A stretch of DNA of 64,000 nt from Mobula hypostoma (Eukaryota): the NCBI RefSeq assembly GCF_963921235.1, contig NC_086118.1, positions 19,284,001 to 19,348,000 on the forward strand, read 5' to 3'. Below the pieces are notes generated by a model that made no database searches, had not been told where the DNA came from, and worked only from the letters and a program-made list of their open reading frames with translations. Position numbers and translations under genes: made by a program. Within the stretch, counting starts at the first letter, position 1. Every line of letters begins with the position of its first letter. Positions 38,036-50,879 of the stretch are shown here, piece by piece.

Positions 38036-39609
38036 CTTTAGAAATTCCTTCTAATAAGTGCCTGAGGAGCTATAATATCTATTCATTGTGAACAAGAATA
38101 AAGATAGTTGATAAAGAATTTATAATGTAACCATTAATGGACCTGGAATTTTGTTTCAATTAGGTTCATCAGGGTAAGCCCATTCAATTGCTCCTTCACA
38201 GTACAATTTGCAGGGTGACCATGCTTTGTAACCATAAATCTCCCATGCTTTCTTGTTTTTCCTTAAAGGCACGGGGTTGTTCTCTTCACGTTGGTTGTAA
38301 CGGACATAAATAGAAAATATTTGCAGTCATAAGTCAGTCTTAAGGAGATATGCATCCATCACACACACTGTACTTCATTGGCTCTAATTCTAATGTATTT
38401 CAGTGAGACCAAAAGACAGCTGCTATTGATAATATGGGCATTTTGTAAAGATAGAACAGAGTTGTTTTTCAGCATTGGAATTAAATCATTGTTAGAACAG
38501 ACGAGAGGAATCTTCTTACTGATAATGCATCAGGAAATGTGGATGAATAGATGGAAATGAGTTTATATTGATAAGCATCCATGGATCTTGTATCATTCTT
38601 CTTAATGTACAAAATATTGACCAAATCAAAGAGAAGATTTGAAAAATATTGGATAGTGTCAATAGGAAATGGATTCATAATGACCTTCAGCATGCCAGGT
38701 TCTCTCCCATGCTGTCAGTTCAGGCCAATACCTCTGAAGTCCTAAATTTTTAATGGGTTCCCTGTAAAATTCAAAAAGCTTTCCCCTGCTGTAACTTTTA
38801 ATAAAGACTTTGGCAGCAAGAAGGCTGTGATGTGAAACTTATTATTTCAAAGCACTAACTGCATCCTCGGTCTAGCTTGTTACAATATGTTAATAGCTAC
38901 GACAGTCACCAAGGACATTCAAAAAAATTGGGAAAGTCAATGATTAAAAAAAAATCAGTCTGGCTTCATTAAGGAAATGCAACTCTGTAGCTTGGTTCCT
39001 CCACTAAAGTATATAATTACTACATGTTAATTTGAAATTGCACTAAATCTGTCATCATTTTAATACCTAACCTGATTCACTAGCATGAATGTAAAACTGT
39101 AATTTATTGCTGATGTGCAACCATCTTATTAAACCAAACAGCCACATCGAGGCTCTTGTTGTCAGAAATGATTATTTTAAAGTTTTTTTTAGCCTTTGCT
39201 GATAGGTATGAATTAAAGTGCTTCACTGTAAAACATCCGCCTGTGAAAATTATCACCTTCCCACAATCCTGTGATTTAAAGCCAACAACCATAATTAAAA
39301 GCTCCATTGGACAGGAGGTTTAACATACTTTGTATAGGATAGTAAAATCTCTGCAGAGCGTATGTGCCTCCACAGGGACTATATGAGGATAATTAACTTA
39401 AGTCATCCATGCAAAACTGTCCTCACTGCCAGGGCATTCCCAGGACAGAGTCTATATGATGTGAAAATCTGAAAGCCAATGACAATCGGCAACATCTTAA
39501 CAATCAAGCACTGATGTATACTGTAATTACCAATTTAAATTGTTAACTCTTTCTCTTTCTGCTAGATCTGCTGATTATTCCCAGCATTTTCTACTTTCAC
39601 ATCAGCATC

Positions 39610-40420
39610 TAGGCATAGACTATTTTCTACATGGGGAACAAGTTCAAAAATCAGAAGCACAAAGGGACCTGGGAGTCCTCTTGCAGGACTCCCTGAAGGT
39701 TAACTTGCTTTATAAGGCATTGGTCAGACACTTGGAGCACTGTGAGCAAGTTTTGGCCACTTATCTAAGAAAGGATGTGCTGGCATCACGAGAATGATGC
39801 TGAAAATGAAAGGGTTAACATATGATGCTGAGAAAGAAAGGGTTAACATATGAGGAGTGTTTGATTGCCCTGGACCTGTATGCACTTGAGTTTAGCAGAA
39901 TGAGGGGTGACCTCATTGAAACCCATCGAATATTGAAAGGCCTAGATAGGGTGGACATGGAGCGGATGTTTCTTATAGAGGGGAGTCTAGGATCAGAGGG
40001 CATACTCTCAGAATAGAAGGAAGTCCCTTTAGAAGAGAGATGAGAAGGAATTTCTTTAGCCAGAGGGATGTTAATCTGTGGAACTGTGGAGGACTTGGAG
40101 GACTGTGGAGGCCTTGTCATTAGATATATTTACAGCAGAAGATGATAGATTTTTTTGTAACTAAATGTTGTTCTTTTATTATAATCATATGTGGTATGCA
40201 GTATGTGCTCTGTGTGACTGTTCATATGTACAGTGTTTTGCACCAATGGTTGAATGACAATTGAATTTGATAGTGGAAGTTTTTGATTAGTAAGGGCATC
40301 AAAGGTGTTGGGTAGAAGGCAGAAGAATCGGGTGAGAGGGTTAATAAATCAGCCATGATGGAATGGCGGAGCAGACTTAATGGGGAGAATGGCCTAATTC
40401 TGCTCCTATGTCTTATAGCA
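39610..40420 (+). mobile_element. CR1 LINE 3' fragment
   Basis: QRDLGVL, LYKALVRHLEHC and RMRGDLIETHRILKGLDRVD, followed by a CR1 3' UTR. Confidence 0.85.
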
Positions 40421-43029
40421 TTTTAGTTTTGTGTATAGAATTCCCTGAGCTTCAGTAAATTACTACCAAGAAACCTTTTGATATATAGTATACAAATGTC
40501 TCATTTGGTATATTGATACCTCAGGCCTCAGTAACATTAATTTACATCCCTGTGCACTTGCATAGTGGACTTGAGCACACAAACCTCTTACATACAATCT
40601 GTTTGTTATATATACTGCATCTGCATGCATCATTGTAAGAGGTGGAGAGGTCAAGTTACTGGGTTGAATTATGCTTGTGGTCGGCTTCAGCCTGGATTAG
40701 ACACCTGATTTTCCTCACCCTCCTCCAACACTTTTGCAGACAATTGGGTCCTTCTCTTCTGGAGTTGGGCAGCATGAAGTGGTGGTGCTTTAGAACTGAC
40801 TTGGTGTACTATTGAGATCCTTTTCCCCTAATGTCCAGACAGCCCTACAGGAGGCGTGACCGAGGTAGAGATTTGCCTTCTGTCAAAGCCTATGAGTTTT
40901 TTTAAAGGGTTTTAATGGTTTCTGCTACACTGAGCACTTAAAAACAAATTATTTCTGCAAGTAATTTCAAGAATGGTAAAATATATTAATGTTTATTAAT
41001 ATCACTTTGAAGTATCAATAACCAACATACCATGAAAATAAAGTATTATCTGTAAAATAAACCACTGCACTTTCAGATCCCAATGTCTGGGCTGGATTTT
41101 GAGTTCAAGTTAATGGGGATTCCCATTCTCTGTCAGGTTAGCTGGCACAGTATCATAGAGGCAGATGTCACTGCACAAATACTGAGAAATCCCAGCACAG
41201 TTAGTCTCTTCTGTTGAATCCACACATTGTTGATATACAGGACAGAGTGAGAAATGTGTGCCTATTACTCAACTCAAACTAGCCTTAAAGCAGGTCCAAG
41301 ATGTACTTTGCAGCAATCAGCTAAACAACGGTGCTTCCTCTTGAACCACTGGCTGCAACCAGCCTGATTTGGCCTACTACTGGGATAAGACCAGTCATGC
41401 AAAAAGCTGTTTGGCATCCTAAAGGAACAAGCTGGCTTGTTACCACAGTCCGTGTGTCAGTTTCAGTGAATACGTGAGGAATCTGTCAACAAGGCAACTG
41501 TTTACTTGCATTCAGCAGCTACTGAGATCAATCTATCTTCTAACTGTGGATTTGGACTAGAATTTGAATTAGTAGGGCTGCAATTGGACTAACAAATATA
41601 ATCTTAGTATGATCACTTAGTTTCCTTAGTATGCACTCTAAGGAAATTCAACACCACCAGGCTTAACCTGGGAGTGCTTGAATATTATCATCTAAAACTT
41701 TGAAATGACTCAAAGTCAGCTTTCTTAATTAAATTATACAAGTGATTGACCCAACTTCACTTTGATTTCTGTTTTTAATCATGCAGCAAAGCACCAGGTG
41801 AAAAGCCTGTGTTAAAACAGTGATCATTATTGCAATAGATTGACTATTCCTTTCAAACTTTTGGCGTTATTGAGATATGGAAATATGCAAATGGGATTAA
41901 CTCAGTTGGTCAACTATGAGGCTATGGATGAGCTGAGCCAAAAGACCTGATTTCTGTGCTGCATAGCTCTGTGACTCTATAGGGAATGAACTACCATTGG
42001 TACTTCAAGATGTCATAGAATCATAGAAAGTTTTTAACATAGAAGGAGGTCATTCCAGCCTATCATTGTCCATGACAGCACTATCAGCTCCCTAATTCTA
42101 TCCACTGATCCTTTCTCCTGGATCTTGCAGAGCTTTCTGTTCCATGGATTTATCCAAGTTCACCTAGAACGCCAAGATGGAAACATGCTTCCACCACATC
42201 TGCAAGTGACGCTTTCAAGATTGTCTCCACATCCCACATGAGAATATTTTTTCCTTGTGTTACTCTTAATTCTTTTCCCTTTTATTTTATACCTCTGCAA
42301 CCTCTAGTTCTCATCTCCTCTGTCAAAGGGAAAAGCCTCCCACTATCTATCTAGAACCCTCATCTGTTTATATAAAGAAAACAGTCTCTAATTCTCTCAT
42401 TTACCATTATGAATGTAATCCTCCCCCACAAAAATCATTCTCATAAATCTTACTGGACCCTCTCTAATGCCTTCCCATCATCTCCATAATTAGATGAGCA
42501 GAATTAAATGTAATACTGTAGTTGAGTCTGGACCAGTGTTTTATAAAGGTTCACCATCACTTTGTATCTTTATACCAAATAGCTCTATTAACAAAGCCCC
42601 AAATGTATTATGCCTTATTAACCTCTTTCTCACCCTTTGTCCACCTTTGTCAATGTCACCACATAAACAATTATAAGTTGGTCATAGTGTTACTATTTTG
42701 AATATCCTAATAGTGCATCTTGAGATGATAACAGACCAAATGCCTTAAGAGTTTGTGTTGAGAGGTTTCAGGTATTGTGTTGCTGAGTACAAAATAAAGA
42801 GCTTTCCTAACATTTTTGCCAATGTCTATCCCTCAATATGCACCAATAACAATAATTAAGTCAGCTCTTGTTGATTTTTGGGGACCTTACTATGCATATT
42901 TTAACTACCATGCTTATTAACAAAATTAGTGATTGAATCACTAATGTTCTTTGTAAATATTAATATGTCATGAGATTTTGAAAAGCACTTGCACTGTATA
43001 CTCTTAAAAGTGCAATTTTTTCCTCCTAA

Positions 43030-43983
43030 ATAAATACCTCCTGTACCTAATAAAATGGCTAGTGAATGTGTGTTTCTGCTGCTGTAGCCTTTTCTTTCCA
43101 AAGTTTGACGTGTTGAGCATTCAAAAATGGTCTTCTGCACAGCATTTGTCGTGGTGTTCGCTGGCAGGACAGGACCCAGGTGCAGAGGAGCAGCAGGCTG
43201 CCATGGTGACTGTTGGCAATGACTCAACCCAGGTGAGGAGCAATGACAGACTTCCCATGAAGAGATGGGAACAGGAGGTTGTAGATAGGAATACCAACTT
43301 GGCAATGGAAGCATGACCAAGCGACACTGCGACACAAATCATTCTCCACAAAGACTCCGCTAAAGTACTAAACAAGAGCCCCAGTAAGTAATGCTAGAAT
43401 GTGGGAAACCCACACCAGTCATAATTAACCTGACCAGATTAAACAGAAAACACAAGGGCTTAATGAATCTCATTAAGACAACAGTTAATAATACAGGTGC
43501 TCAAGAAACCTAGAAGCCCAATGCTCAACGGCAAGCCACAGACATGCAAGACACCATTGTAATGCATGGTTTTTTGAGTTATTTTCACCTTCTTGTCAGC
43601 TTGAACCAGTCTGGCCGTTCTCCTCTGACCTCTCTCATTAACAAGGCATTTCACCCTCAGAACCACCTCTCGCTGGTTGTTTTCTTTGTTTTATACACTA
43701 TTCTCTGTAAACTCTAGAGACTACTGTGCATTAAAATCCCAGGAGAACAGCTGTTTATGAGATACTCAAACCACCCTGTCTGGCACCAATAATCTTTCTA
43801 CGGTCAAATTCGCCTAGATCACATTTCTTCCCCATTCTAGATGTTCGGTGTCAACAACAACTGAACTTCTTGATCATGTCTGCATGCTTTTATACGTCGA
43901 ATTTCTGCCACATGATTGGCTGATTAGATACTTGCATTAACAGGTAGGGGTACAGGTGTACCTAATAAAGAGGTGCCTGAAGG
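43030..43983 (-). mobile_element. Second copy of the Tc1-like non-autonomous element, interrupted at 43147-43553
   Basis: Colinear with 16795-17341, e.g. TACCTCCTGTACCTAATAAAATG and TTCTCTGTAAACTCTAGAGACT. Confidence 0.8.
43147..43553. mobile_element. Probable solo LTR
   Basis: 407-bp insert bounded by TGTCGTG...CAAGACA, flanked by GCATT (43142-43146) and CCATT (43554-43558). The Tc1-like host continues on both sides. Confidence 0.65.
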
Positions 43984-44519
43984 TCCATCCCCAGGTTAAG
44001 AACACCCCACTTGTGAAAACGCGTATGATCAAGCTTTGATTAAATTCAAAAGTTCAATTTATGTATGTATATTTATATCCTACAGATGGCAGAACTAGTT
44101 TCCTTTCTCTCAGCACTTTTAGCAATTGTTCTTTCTGGTCAGTATTACATGCTTCTGGAGCCAAAAGTTACCAGACAAAGTAATTTTATTAACTGCATAT
44201 TTTCCATCTTATGGACAAATCAGCGTAAGGCCTCTCTAAAAACAAAAGCCATTTGTTACTTGGAGACAGCCTATGGAGAAAAAGAGAAAATGAAGCTGTT
44301 TTCAGTGGTTCAGAGAGCATAGGACGAGAAAGTAACAAAGCTACCAATTCAAGAGATGAGCTTGCATTCTAAGTATATCCATTGCAATGGATTCATAGAA
44401 TCACACAACACAGCAGCTGATATTCAGCCTGCTATCTCATTCCTGACCATTGGGTATCTATAGTAATCCCATTGTCCAAGACCTGCCCTGCAACCTTCCA
44501 TGCTTTTGTAATTTAATTT

Positions 44520-45320
44520 GCTCTCTACATGACTACCTTAACCACTCATCCCTCTCCACTGATTATCCTCCTGACACTTTACCCATGAGCTTGTCAGGGT
44601 CATCTACCATATCCAGTGTTCCTGGCGTGGCCTCCTTTACATCAGTGAGACCCTGTGTAGATTGGGGGATCACTTTGTCAAGCCCCTTCACTCCATCTGG
44701 CATAAAAGCTGGGATATCCTGTTGGCCATCCATTTTAATCCTACTTTCTATTCCCATTAGACATGTTGATCCATGATCTCCAATACAGTCATGATCAGGC
44801 CATTCTCAGGTTAGAGAAGCAACACCTCACATTCTGTCTCCAACCTGAAAGCATGAAGATAAATTTGTCTAACCTGATAATTTCTACTCCTTCCCCGTTC
44901 CCTCTCTTTCCATTCCCATTCTGGCTCCCCTCTTAACACTTTTCTTCTGCTCACCTATCCATCACCACCTTCAGATGCCCATCTGACTTCCCTTTCATCC
45001 ATGGTCCACCATCCCCCTTGGTCAGCTCTTTTCCTCTTCTACCTGTCACCTCCCAGCTTCTCACTACATCTTCCCTCCCTCACCCACCCATCTCTCCTCT
45101 CACCTGGTTTCACCTATTACCCACCAACTGGTATTCCTTCCCATCCCAACCGCCCCACCAGCATTTTATTCCGGCTTCTCTCTTCCTTTCCTCCTGATGA
45201 AGGGTCTTGGCTCAAAATGTCGACTGTCTATTCCTCTCTATTAATGCTATCCAGCCCACTGAACTCCTCCAGCATTTTGTGAGTGTGGCTCTGGATTTCT
45301 AGCTCTGATCTCTTGCACTT
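44520..45320 (+). mobile_element. Old Penelope-like 3' fragment
   Basis: Degenerate GIY-YIG (GVIYHIQCSWRGLLYISET), LEKQHL, a pyrimidine tract and a degenerate hammerhead CTGATGAAGGGTCTTGGCTCAAAATGTCGACTG at ~45194. Confidence 0.75.
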
Positions 45321-46220
45321 TTAATGTTACCTAACTACAAGTGCTACAAACTCTAAGGATCCTTGGGCGTTCCTTGTTGTCTCAATAATCCATAGAGCTC
45401 TACTGTTCATTATATTGTATGTACAGAAGCCTTATTAATCCTCCCAAAAGTACATTGTCTCATTTGTATCGAGATTAATTTCCATCTGCCATTCTTACCA
45501 ACTTATTAATATCTTTCTGTAGCTGACGACCATGTTCTTCATTATCAACAGCACTACCAATTTATGCATCATCTGTGAACCCAGTTGTTCCGATCCTAAT
45601 TTATTAGACGCAACACTGATAGCAGGCTTCCAAAAACATCTCTTTGCTCCTATTACGAATTTTGGATTCATTTTGCCAACATACTGTAGATCCTATTGTT
45701 TCTAACTTCTTGGACAAATCTTCCAGAAGGAATCTTGTGCAAGCCCTTACTGAACTTTATAGAGACTACATTAGCTGCATTGCCATCAGCAACACACTTC
45801 ATGATCCTCTGAAGAAATAAATCATATTGGTCAGACAGGCTCTCCTCACAACATTGTCCACCCCCCACCATCACTCCTTTAAAGCCAGAAATGAAACTCA
45901 GCTGGTGAGTTTATGAAAGAAACCTAAAAAAAATCTTGCTCATTTTTCACTGGAGCATGAAAATAATAAAAGTGAACCTACTGAGGGTTCTTACTAGAGA
46001 ATGTATGCACTCAAGCTATCTATGGTGGAGACTAATGCCACAATATAGGTAGGAAATACTATTTTCCACAACAGAGATTCTTGTGAACTCCAGGACACTA
46101 AGCAATTTGTAACAGGGCGCAAGAATTGCACTGAACATTTATCCCCAGTAGAAAAAGTGAGGCATGTCTAAATTCAAAAGGAATTCAATCTGGCTTGGAT
46201 TTAAACAGAGATTATTAAAG

Positions 46221-46997
46221 CTGTGTACATACATCTATTGATGCTTCTGGACACATCTTCAGTGATGTTCCTGGAATCATCGGGTGTTTCGGGTCTTTCA
46301 ACATCATACAACCTCCTCCAGGTGACCCAGCCGCGGCTGATCAGACCCCAGCTTGTGTCCAGATGGCTAGCTACTTATGACTCCATGGCTCCCCTCTTTT
46401 GAGCTGCAGCCATCTTGAGGCCCTCTCTGCCTCGTCGGTGGTACTGTGGATGGCTCTCCTCTTCCTCTCTCCCTCGATGCCCAAAATGCTGAAGGTTCTA
46501 ACTAAGGAACAGGCTACGAATCCCCTACAACCAACCTCCACTGGGAGACACCTCACTCTCCATCCAGCCTGCTGACAGTTGCTGACCAGTCCTGCGTACT
46601 TGGAGAGCTTCCTTTCAAAGGCCTCCTCCAAGCTATCTTCCCATGGGACTGTCAGCTCCAGCAGCACCACTTGCTTAGTAGACTCAGGCACTAGGACAAC
46701 GTCTGGTCGCAGGGTGGTGGCTGCAATATGGTTGGGGAACTTCAGCTGCCCTTCGAGGTCCACCAACAGCTGCTAGTCCCTTGCAGAGGTCAGAATGCCT
46801 GCAGATGTTCTTTCGGCAGGTATTGGCTGCTCCCCAGCTCTGACAAAGGCAATGGTCTGCTTGGAGGGTTGGGACCGCTTCGCCCACTCAGTTCCTGTGC
46901 TGACGGCTTCAGCGATGGTCTTCAGGATCTGATCATGCCTCCACCTGTACCGTCCCTCACCAAGTGCCCTTGCACAGCCGGTGAGGATGTTCTCAGA
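46221..46997 (-). mobile_element. HERO-like non-LTR retrotransposon (restriction-like endonuclease), 5'-truncated copy 1
   Basis: ILTGCARALGEGRYRWRHDQIL, TLRPDVVL, LLELTVPWE and FERKLSKY: the RHD, PD..(D/E) and K..KY motifs of RLE-clade elements. The 3' UTR ends ...ATAGATGTATGTACACAG. Confidence 0.85.
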
Positions 46998-47337
46998 TGA
47001 GCACAATCCTAACCCTAATGCGGACCACGATAATGAAAGGCATGGGACAGATTAACCTGGATTCACCACACGAGCCTACCATCATAGCACCTCATACCTC
47101 ACCACTCAAAACTCTGCAGCCTTACCTCTCCCAGTCACACATATACATCCACCAGCCCAACACTCAAAACTAATCCTAACGTCCAAAGAGGCACACACCC
47201 CCACAAACCCTAGGCGCATCCCAATTAACCCAGGCCACACCCCCACAAACCCGATTTCCTTTGTCAGGAGGGGCAAGATCCAAGAAAGGCAAGTGTTGGA
47301 CCTGGTTAATGAAGGCGTGGGCCAGATCAAAGTGGCC

Positions 47338-47631
47338 GGGTTAGGGTTAGGGTTAGGGTTAGAGTTGGGGTTAGGGTTAGGGTTGGGGTTAGGGTTAGGG
47401 TTAGGGTTAGGGTTAGGGTTGGGGTTAGGGTTAGGGTTAGGGTTAGGGTTAGGGTTAGGGTTGGGGTTAGGGTTAGGGTTAGGGTTAGGGTTAGGGTTAG
47501 AGTTGGGGTTAGGGTTAGGGTTAGGGTTAGGGTTGGGGTTAGGGTTGGGTTTAGGGTTAAGGTTAGGGTTAGGGTTAGGGTTGGGGTTAGGGTTAGGGTT
47601 AGGGTTAGGGTTAAGGTTAGGGTTAGGGTTA
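47338..47631 (+). repeat. Interstitial telomeric repeat array (TTAGGG)n
   Basis: 48 complete hexamers in phase at 47341-47628: 36 TTAGGG, 7 TTGGGG, 2 TTAGAG, 2 TTAAGG and 1 TTGGGT. Confidence 0.98.
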
Positions 47632-48695
47632 CCAGATGACTGCTGCACAGCTCTGTCACTCTCATGTGCAGTACGTATATCAATGTGGAGAATTTCTAGT
47701 TGGTGTTAATGTATTGTCTCAATTCATTTCCATAGTACAGCTATTAATGCATTTAGCTCCATTATTTTACCTTTGTAGCGACATATTAGTTCAGCCTTCA
47801 TTATTTTAATCAATTCCATGAAAGAGTCTAAACTCCTCCCACTTTTAAATTTGCCTAACCTTGCTTTCAAACTCAGTAAAAGGGCAGTAAACTTAATCGG
47901 TAAATTTGCTGTCTGCTGCATTCATCCCAGCTATCATAAAATCGTTGAAAGTGGAAGAGTTTTATAAAAGCTTAGATTTAAAGGAGCAGAAGTAGCTATA
48001 ATTGCCCATACTAACGTGAGCCAATAACCTTGCAGTTGGCATCCACTAACTTTCCCAAATGTGGATGTGGAAAGAATTGTAACTGTAAAAATAAATATTA
48101 TTTCTGTGACTGTATATAAAATTCTAGAATATCAAGATCTAGATACTTTCAGTCTTGAATTTTTGAAGTTTTTGAACCGCCTCCTGACTTGCTGATTTGA
48201 AATGTGCAGACTTGGAAATGAGCCTAAGAAAGTTGCTGTATCTCCCTTTTTTCTAAATGCCTAACAATTCGTATTTAAAACAGAACTTCCAAATAAAAAT
48301 CGACCCTGTCATCCTGCACTTAACGTGTTTGACTTAAGGCAGCAGGTGATGATACTGTAATTGGCTTGTGGTACAAGGTACCACACCAACTTCAGCTCCA
48401 GCTGCAAATTTACAGCCCTACCCTAAACTAGGCACTTGACCCATACTTCATCTTGTAACCTGTGGTGTTGGAATGCAGCTGAAGGCTGGGAATCAGGGTT
48501 GTGGGAAGGTATGCAAATTGATCCTGAATTTCCAGGAGCTGGGAGTGTGGTTGGGGTTTTAGCAGAAGGCTGATGACCAGGCGAGGAGCGCGGATAAAGG
48601 CAATGGGAAGGACTTACATGCCTGTGCCCAACTGTGTGTTCTGTTTGTCCCTAGTGAGCATATATGTGTGTGCATGGGTGTGCAAGCATGCACAC

Positions 48696-48696
<1 letters not shown>

Positions 48697-48729
<33 letters not shown>

Positions 48730-48753
48730 GTGTGTTTGTGCGCGCGCGTGCGC
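48697..48753. repeat. (TG)n/(CG)n microsatellite (alternating purine-pyrimidine)
   Basis: A TGTG... run ending in CGCGCGCGTGCGC. Confidence 0.95.
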
Positions 48754-49034
48754 CATCAAAACGAGTGTGCACATGTGCAATTTCAGCTGTATGTGTGCCC
48801 ACCTTTATGCATGAACACTAATACCCGTACAACAGATTCAGGTCTCTGCTCATCTTTGTTTCCCTCGCCATTGAATCAAAACTTTGCACTGTGAAGCCCA
48901 TGTATTAGCTGGATGCACATTAAAAGAAACCTGTTACAGGCTAGCTCCACTCCGCAGTTCAGGATCTAGCATGTCAGAACACTCATGAACAATTCTAAAA
49001 CTGATGGCCTCATAACTAACACAGCCCATTAATT

Positions 49035-49900
49035 TAGACCTAAGACCATAAGATCATAAGATATAGGAGCAGAATTAGGCCATTTGGCCCATTGAGTCTG
49101 CTCCACTATTTCATCATGACTGATCTAATTTTCCTCTCAGCCCCAATCGCCTGCCTTCTCCCCATATCCCTTCATGCCCTGACAAATCAAGAATCTATCA
49201 ACCTCTGCCTTAAATATACACAAAGTCTTGGCCTCCACAGTGGCCTGTAACAAAGAATTCCACAGATTCACCACCCTCTGCCTAAGGAAGTTCCTCCTTG
49301 TCTCCTTTCTAAAAGGTTGCCCCTCTTTTCTGAGGCTGTGTCCTCTGGTCTTAGACTCTCCCACCACAGGAAATATCTTCTCTACATCCACTCTACCAAG
49401 GCCTTTCACCATTCGATAGGTTTCAATGAAGTTATCCCTCACTCTTCAAAGATCTCCAACAGATTTTTCAGGCAAGATTTTCCCTTGAGGAAACCATGCT
49501 GACTATGGCCTATTTTATCATATTCCTCTAAGTATCCTGAAACCTCATCCTTAAAAATCAACTCCAACATCTTCCCAACCACTGAGATCAGATTAACAGG
49601 CTTACAGTTTCCTTTCTGTCTCCCTCCCTTCTTGAAGAGTGGAATGATATTTGCAATTTTCCAGTCTTCCAGAATCATTCCAGAATCTAGTGATTCTTGA
49701 AAGATCATTACTAATGCTCCACCATCTCTTCAGCTAACTCATTCAGAACTCTGGAGTGTACAGTATCTGGTCCAGGTGACTTATCTACTTTCAGACCCCT
49801 AATTTTCCCAAGAAACCTCTCCCTAGTAATGGAAACTTCACACACTTCACACCTCCGACACCTGGAACTTCCACCATACTGTGAGTGCCTTCCACATGTT
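49035..49900 (-). mobile_element. CR1 LINE fragments (3' end joined to the RT region)
   Basis: ORFs 49137-49442 (RVVNLWNSL) and 49439-49708 (EDWKIANIIPLFKKG, QHGFLKGKSCL); AAGACCAT tail. Confidence 0.9.
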
Positions 49901-50879
49901 GACATACAGTAGGTATCACCGCATTGACCAAGAGATATTGGGCAGGAGAGGGCCTGTTTTAATACCTCTGTTAATACCTCCGTTTTAAATCCTCTGGAAG
50001 GGCAACATGAAAGAAAAATCCTGTAGTCATGGAGAGTTCACCACGGAGAATGGGCTAGTCCAGTGTTTAGTCTTAAGACACGCATCAGGAGCCTGATTAA
50101 ATGGCAGTAGGAGTACATAAGCTCCCAAATTACCCATCCACTCATCCAGTCAGCAGTTCTGAAAGTATACAGTTATAATATTGGTTTCATTAGTTGTCTT
50201 TGAACCCACAACTCAGGCTCAGTCCTAAGAGACTGCCTAAAAAGTAAGATATTCTTTTTGTTTAAAAGAAAGTTCTCAGTATATGAGCGTTAACGGTGAG
50301 GGCAGCATTTAATAGCCATCTCCATTTTGTCTGTGAGTACCTTGCTTGCTCATTTCAGAGAGCAGTTAAGAGACAACTACATTCTCATAGTCCGGAGTCA
50401 AAGAAACTAGACCAGGTAGGGAGAAACAAGATTCATTCTAAAAGAGGACCACTAACTTTTTTTTTTACAGTCTGATAGCTTAATGTTCACTGTAACAGAT
50501 TCCAGAACCTGATTCACTGACAGAACTTCAGTTAATCAGCTGCTGTGGTATGGCTTCAACTCAATTCTTGTACTATAGGGCCAAGCCTCCAAATTAGTAA
50601 TCATGTGAGCTAACCACTGTGCTACAATACATTATGTATGTACAAAAGACTGGACTGACATAATCCAAAATTATCAAAACGTTCTGGTTGCTCATCACTT
50701 AATGAAGAGGTTAAAAGCTATTTCACGACAGGATGTTTCATGTTTGATGTCAAGATGTGATTCAACTGACACTGCTCAGCTGTTGCTGGAAGGTAAGATG
50801 TACAGGTTCGTGACTCTGGGCTGCAGAGTGCTGTACCTCTTCAGGTTGCAGCCTTACTTACAGCTTCAATGATTAAGGC

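Noticed and set aside
47008..47337. Telomerase RNA (TERC) gene or retrocopy, suggested by the template-like CTAACCCTAA
   Set aside because: No recognisable U-rich pseudoknot (CR2/CR3), CR4/5 or H/ACA region on either strand. An Infernal search with the vertebrate telomerase model would settle it.
47338..47631. Ancestral telomere-telomere fusion site
   Set aside because: A fusion needs (TTAGGG)n followed by (CCCTAA)n. Here the array has one orientation and the short C-strand motif is upstream.
47106..47709. ORFs encoding (NP)n, (LG)n and (LT)n repeats, superficially like circumsporozoite-type repeat proteins
   Set aside because: They are stop-free frames of the TTAGGG/CCCTAA array. Nothing else supports a gene.
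48559..48894. His/Thr- and Cys/Val-rich ORFs
   Set aside because: They are translations of the (TG)n microsatellite and its degenerate flanks.
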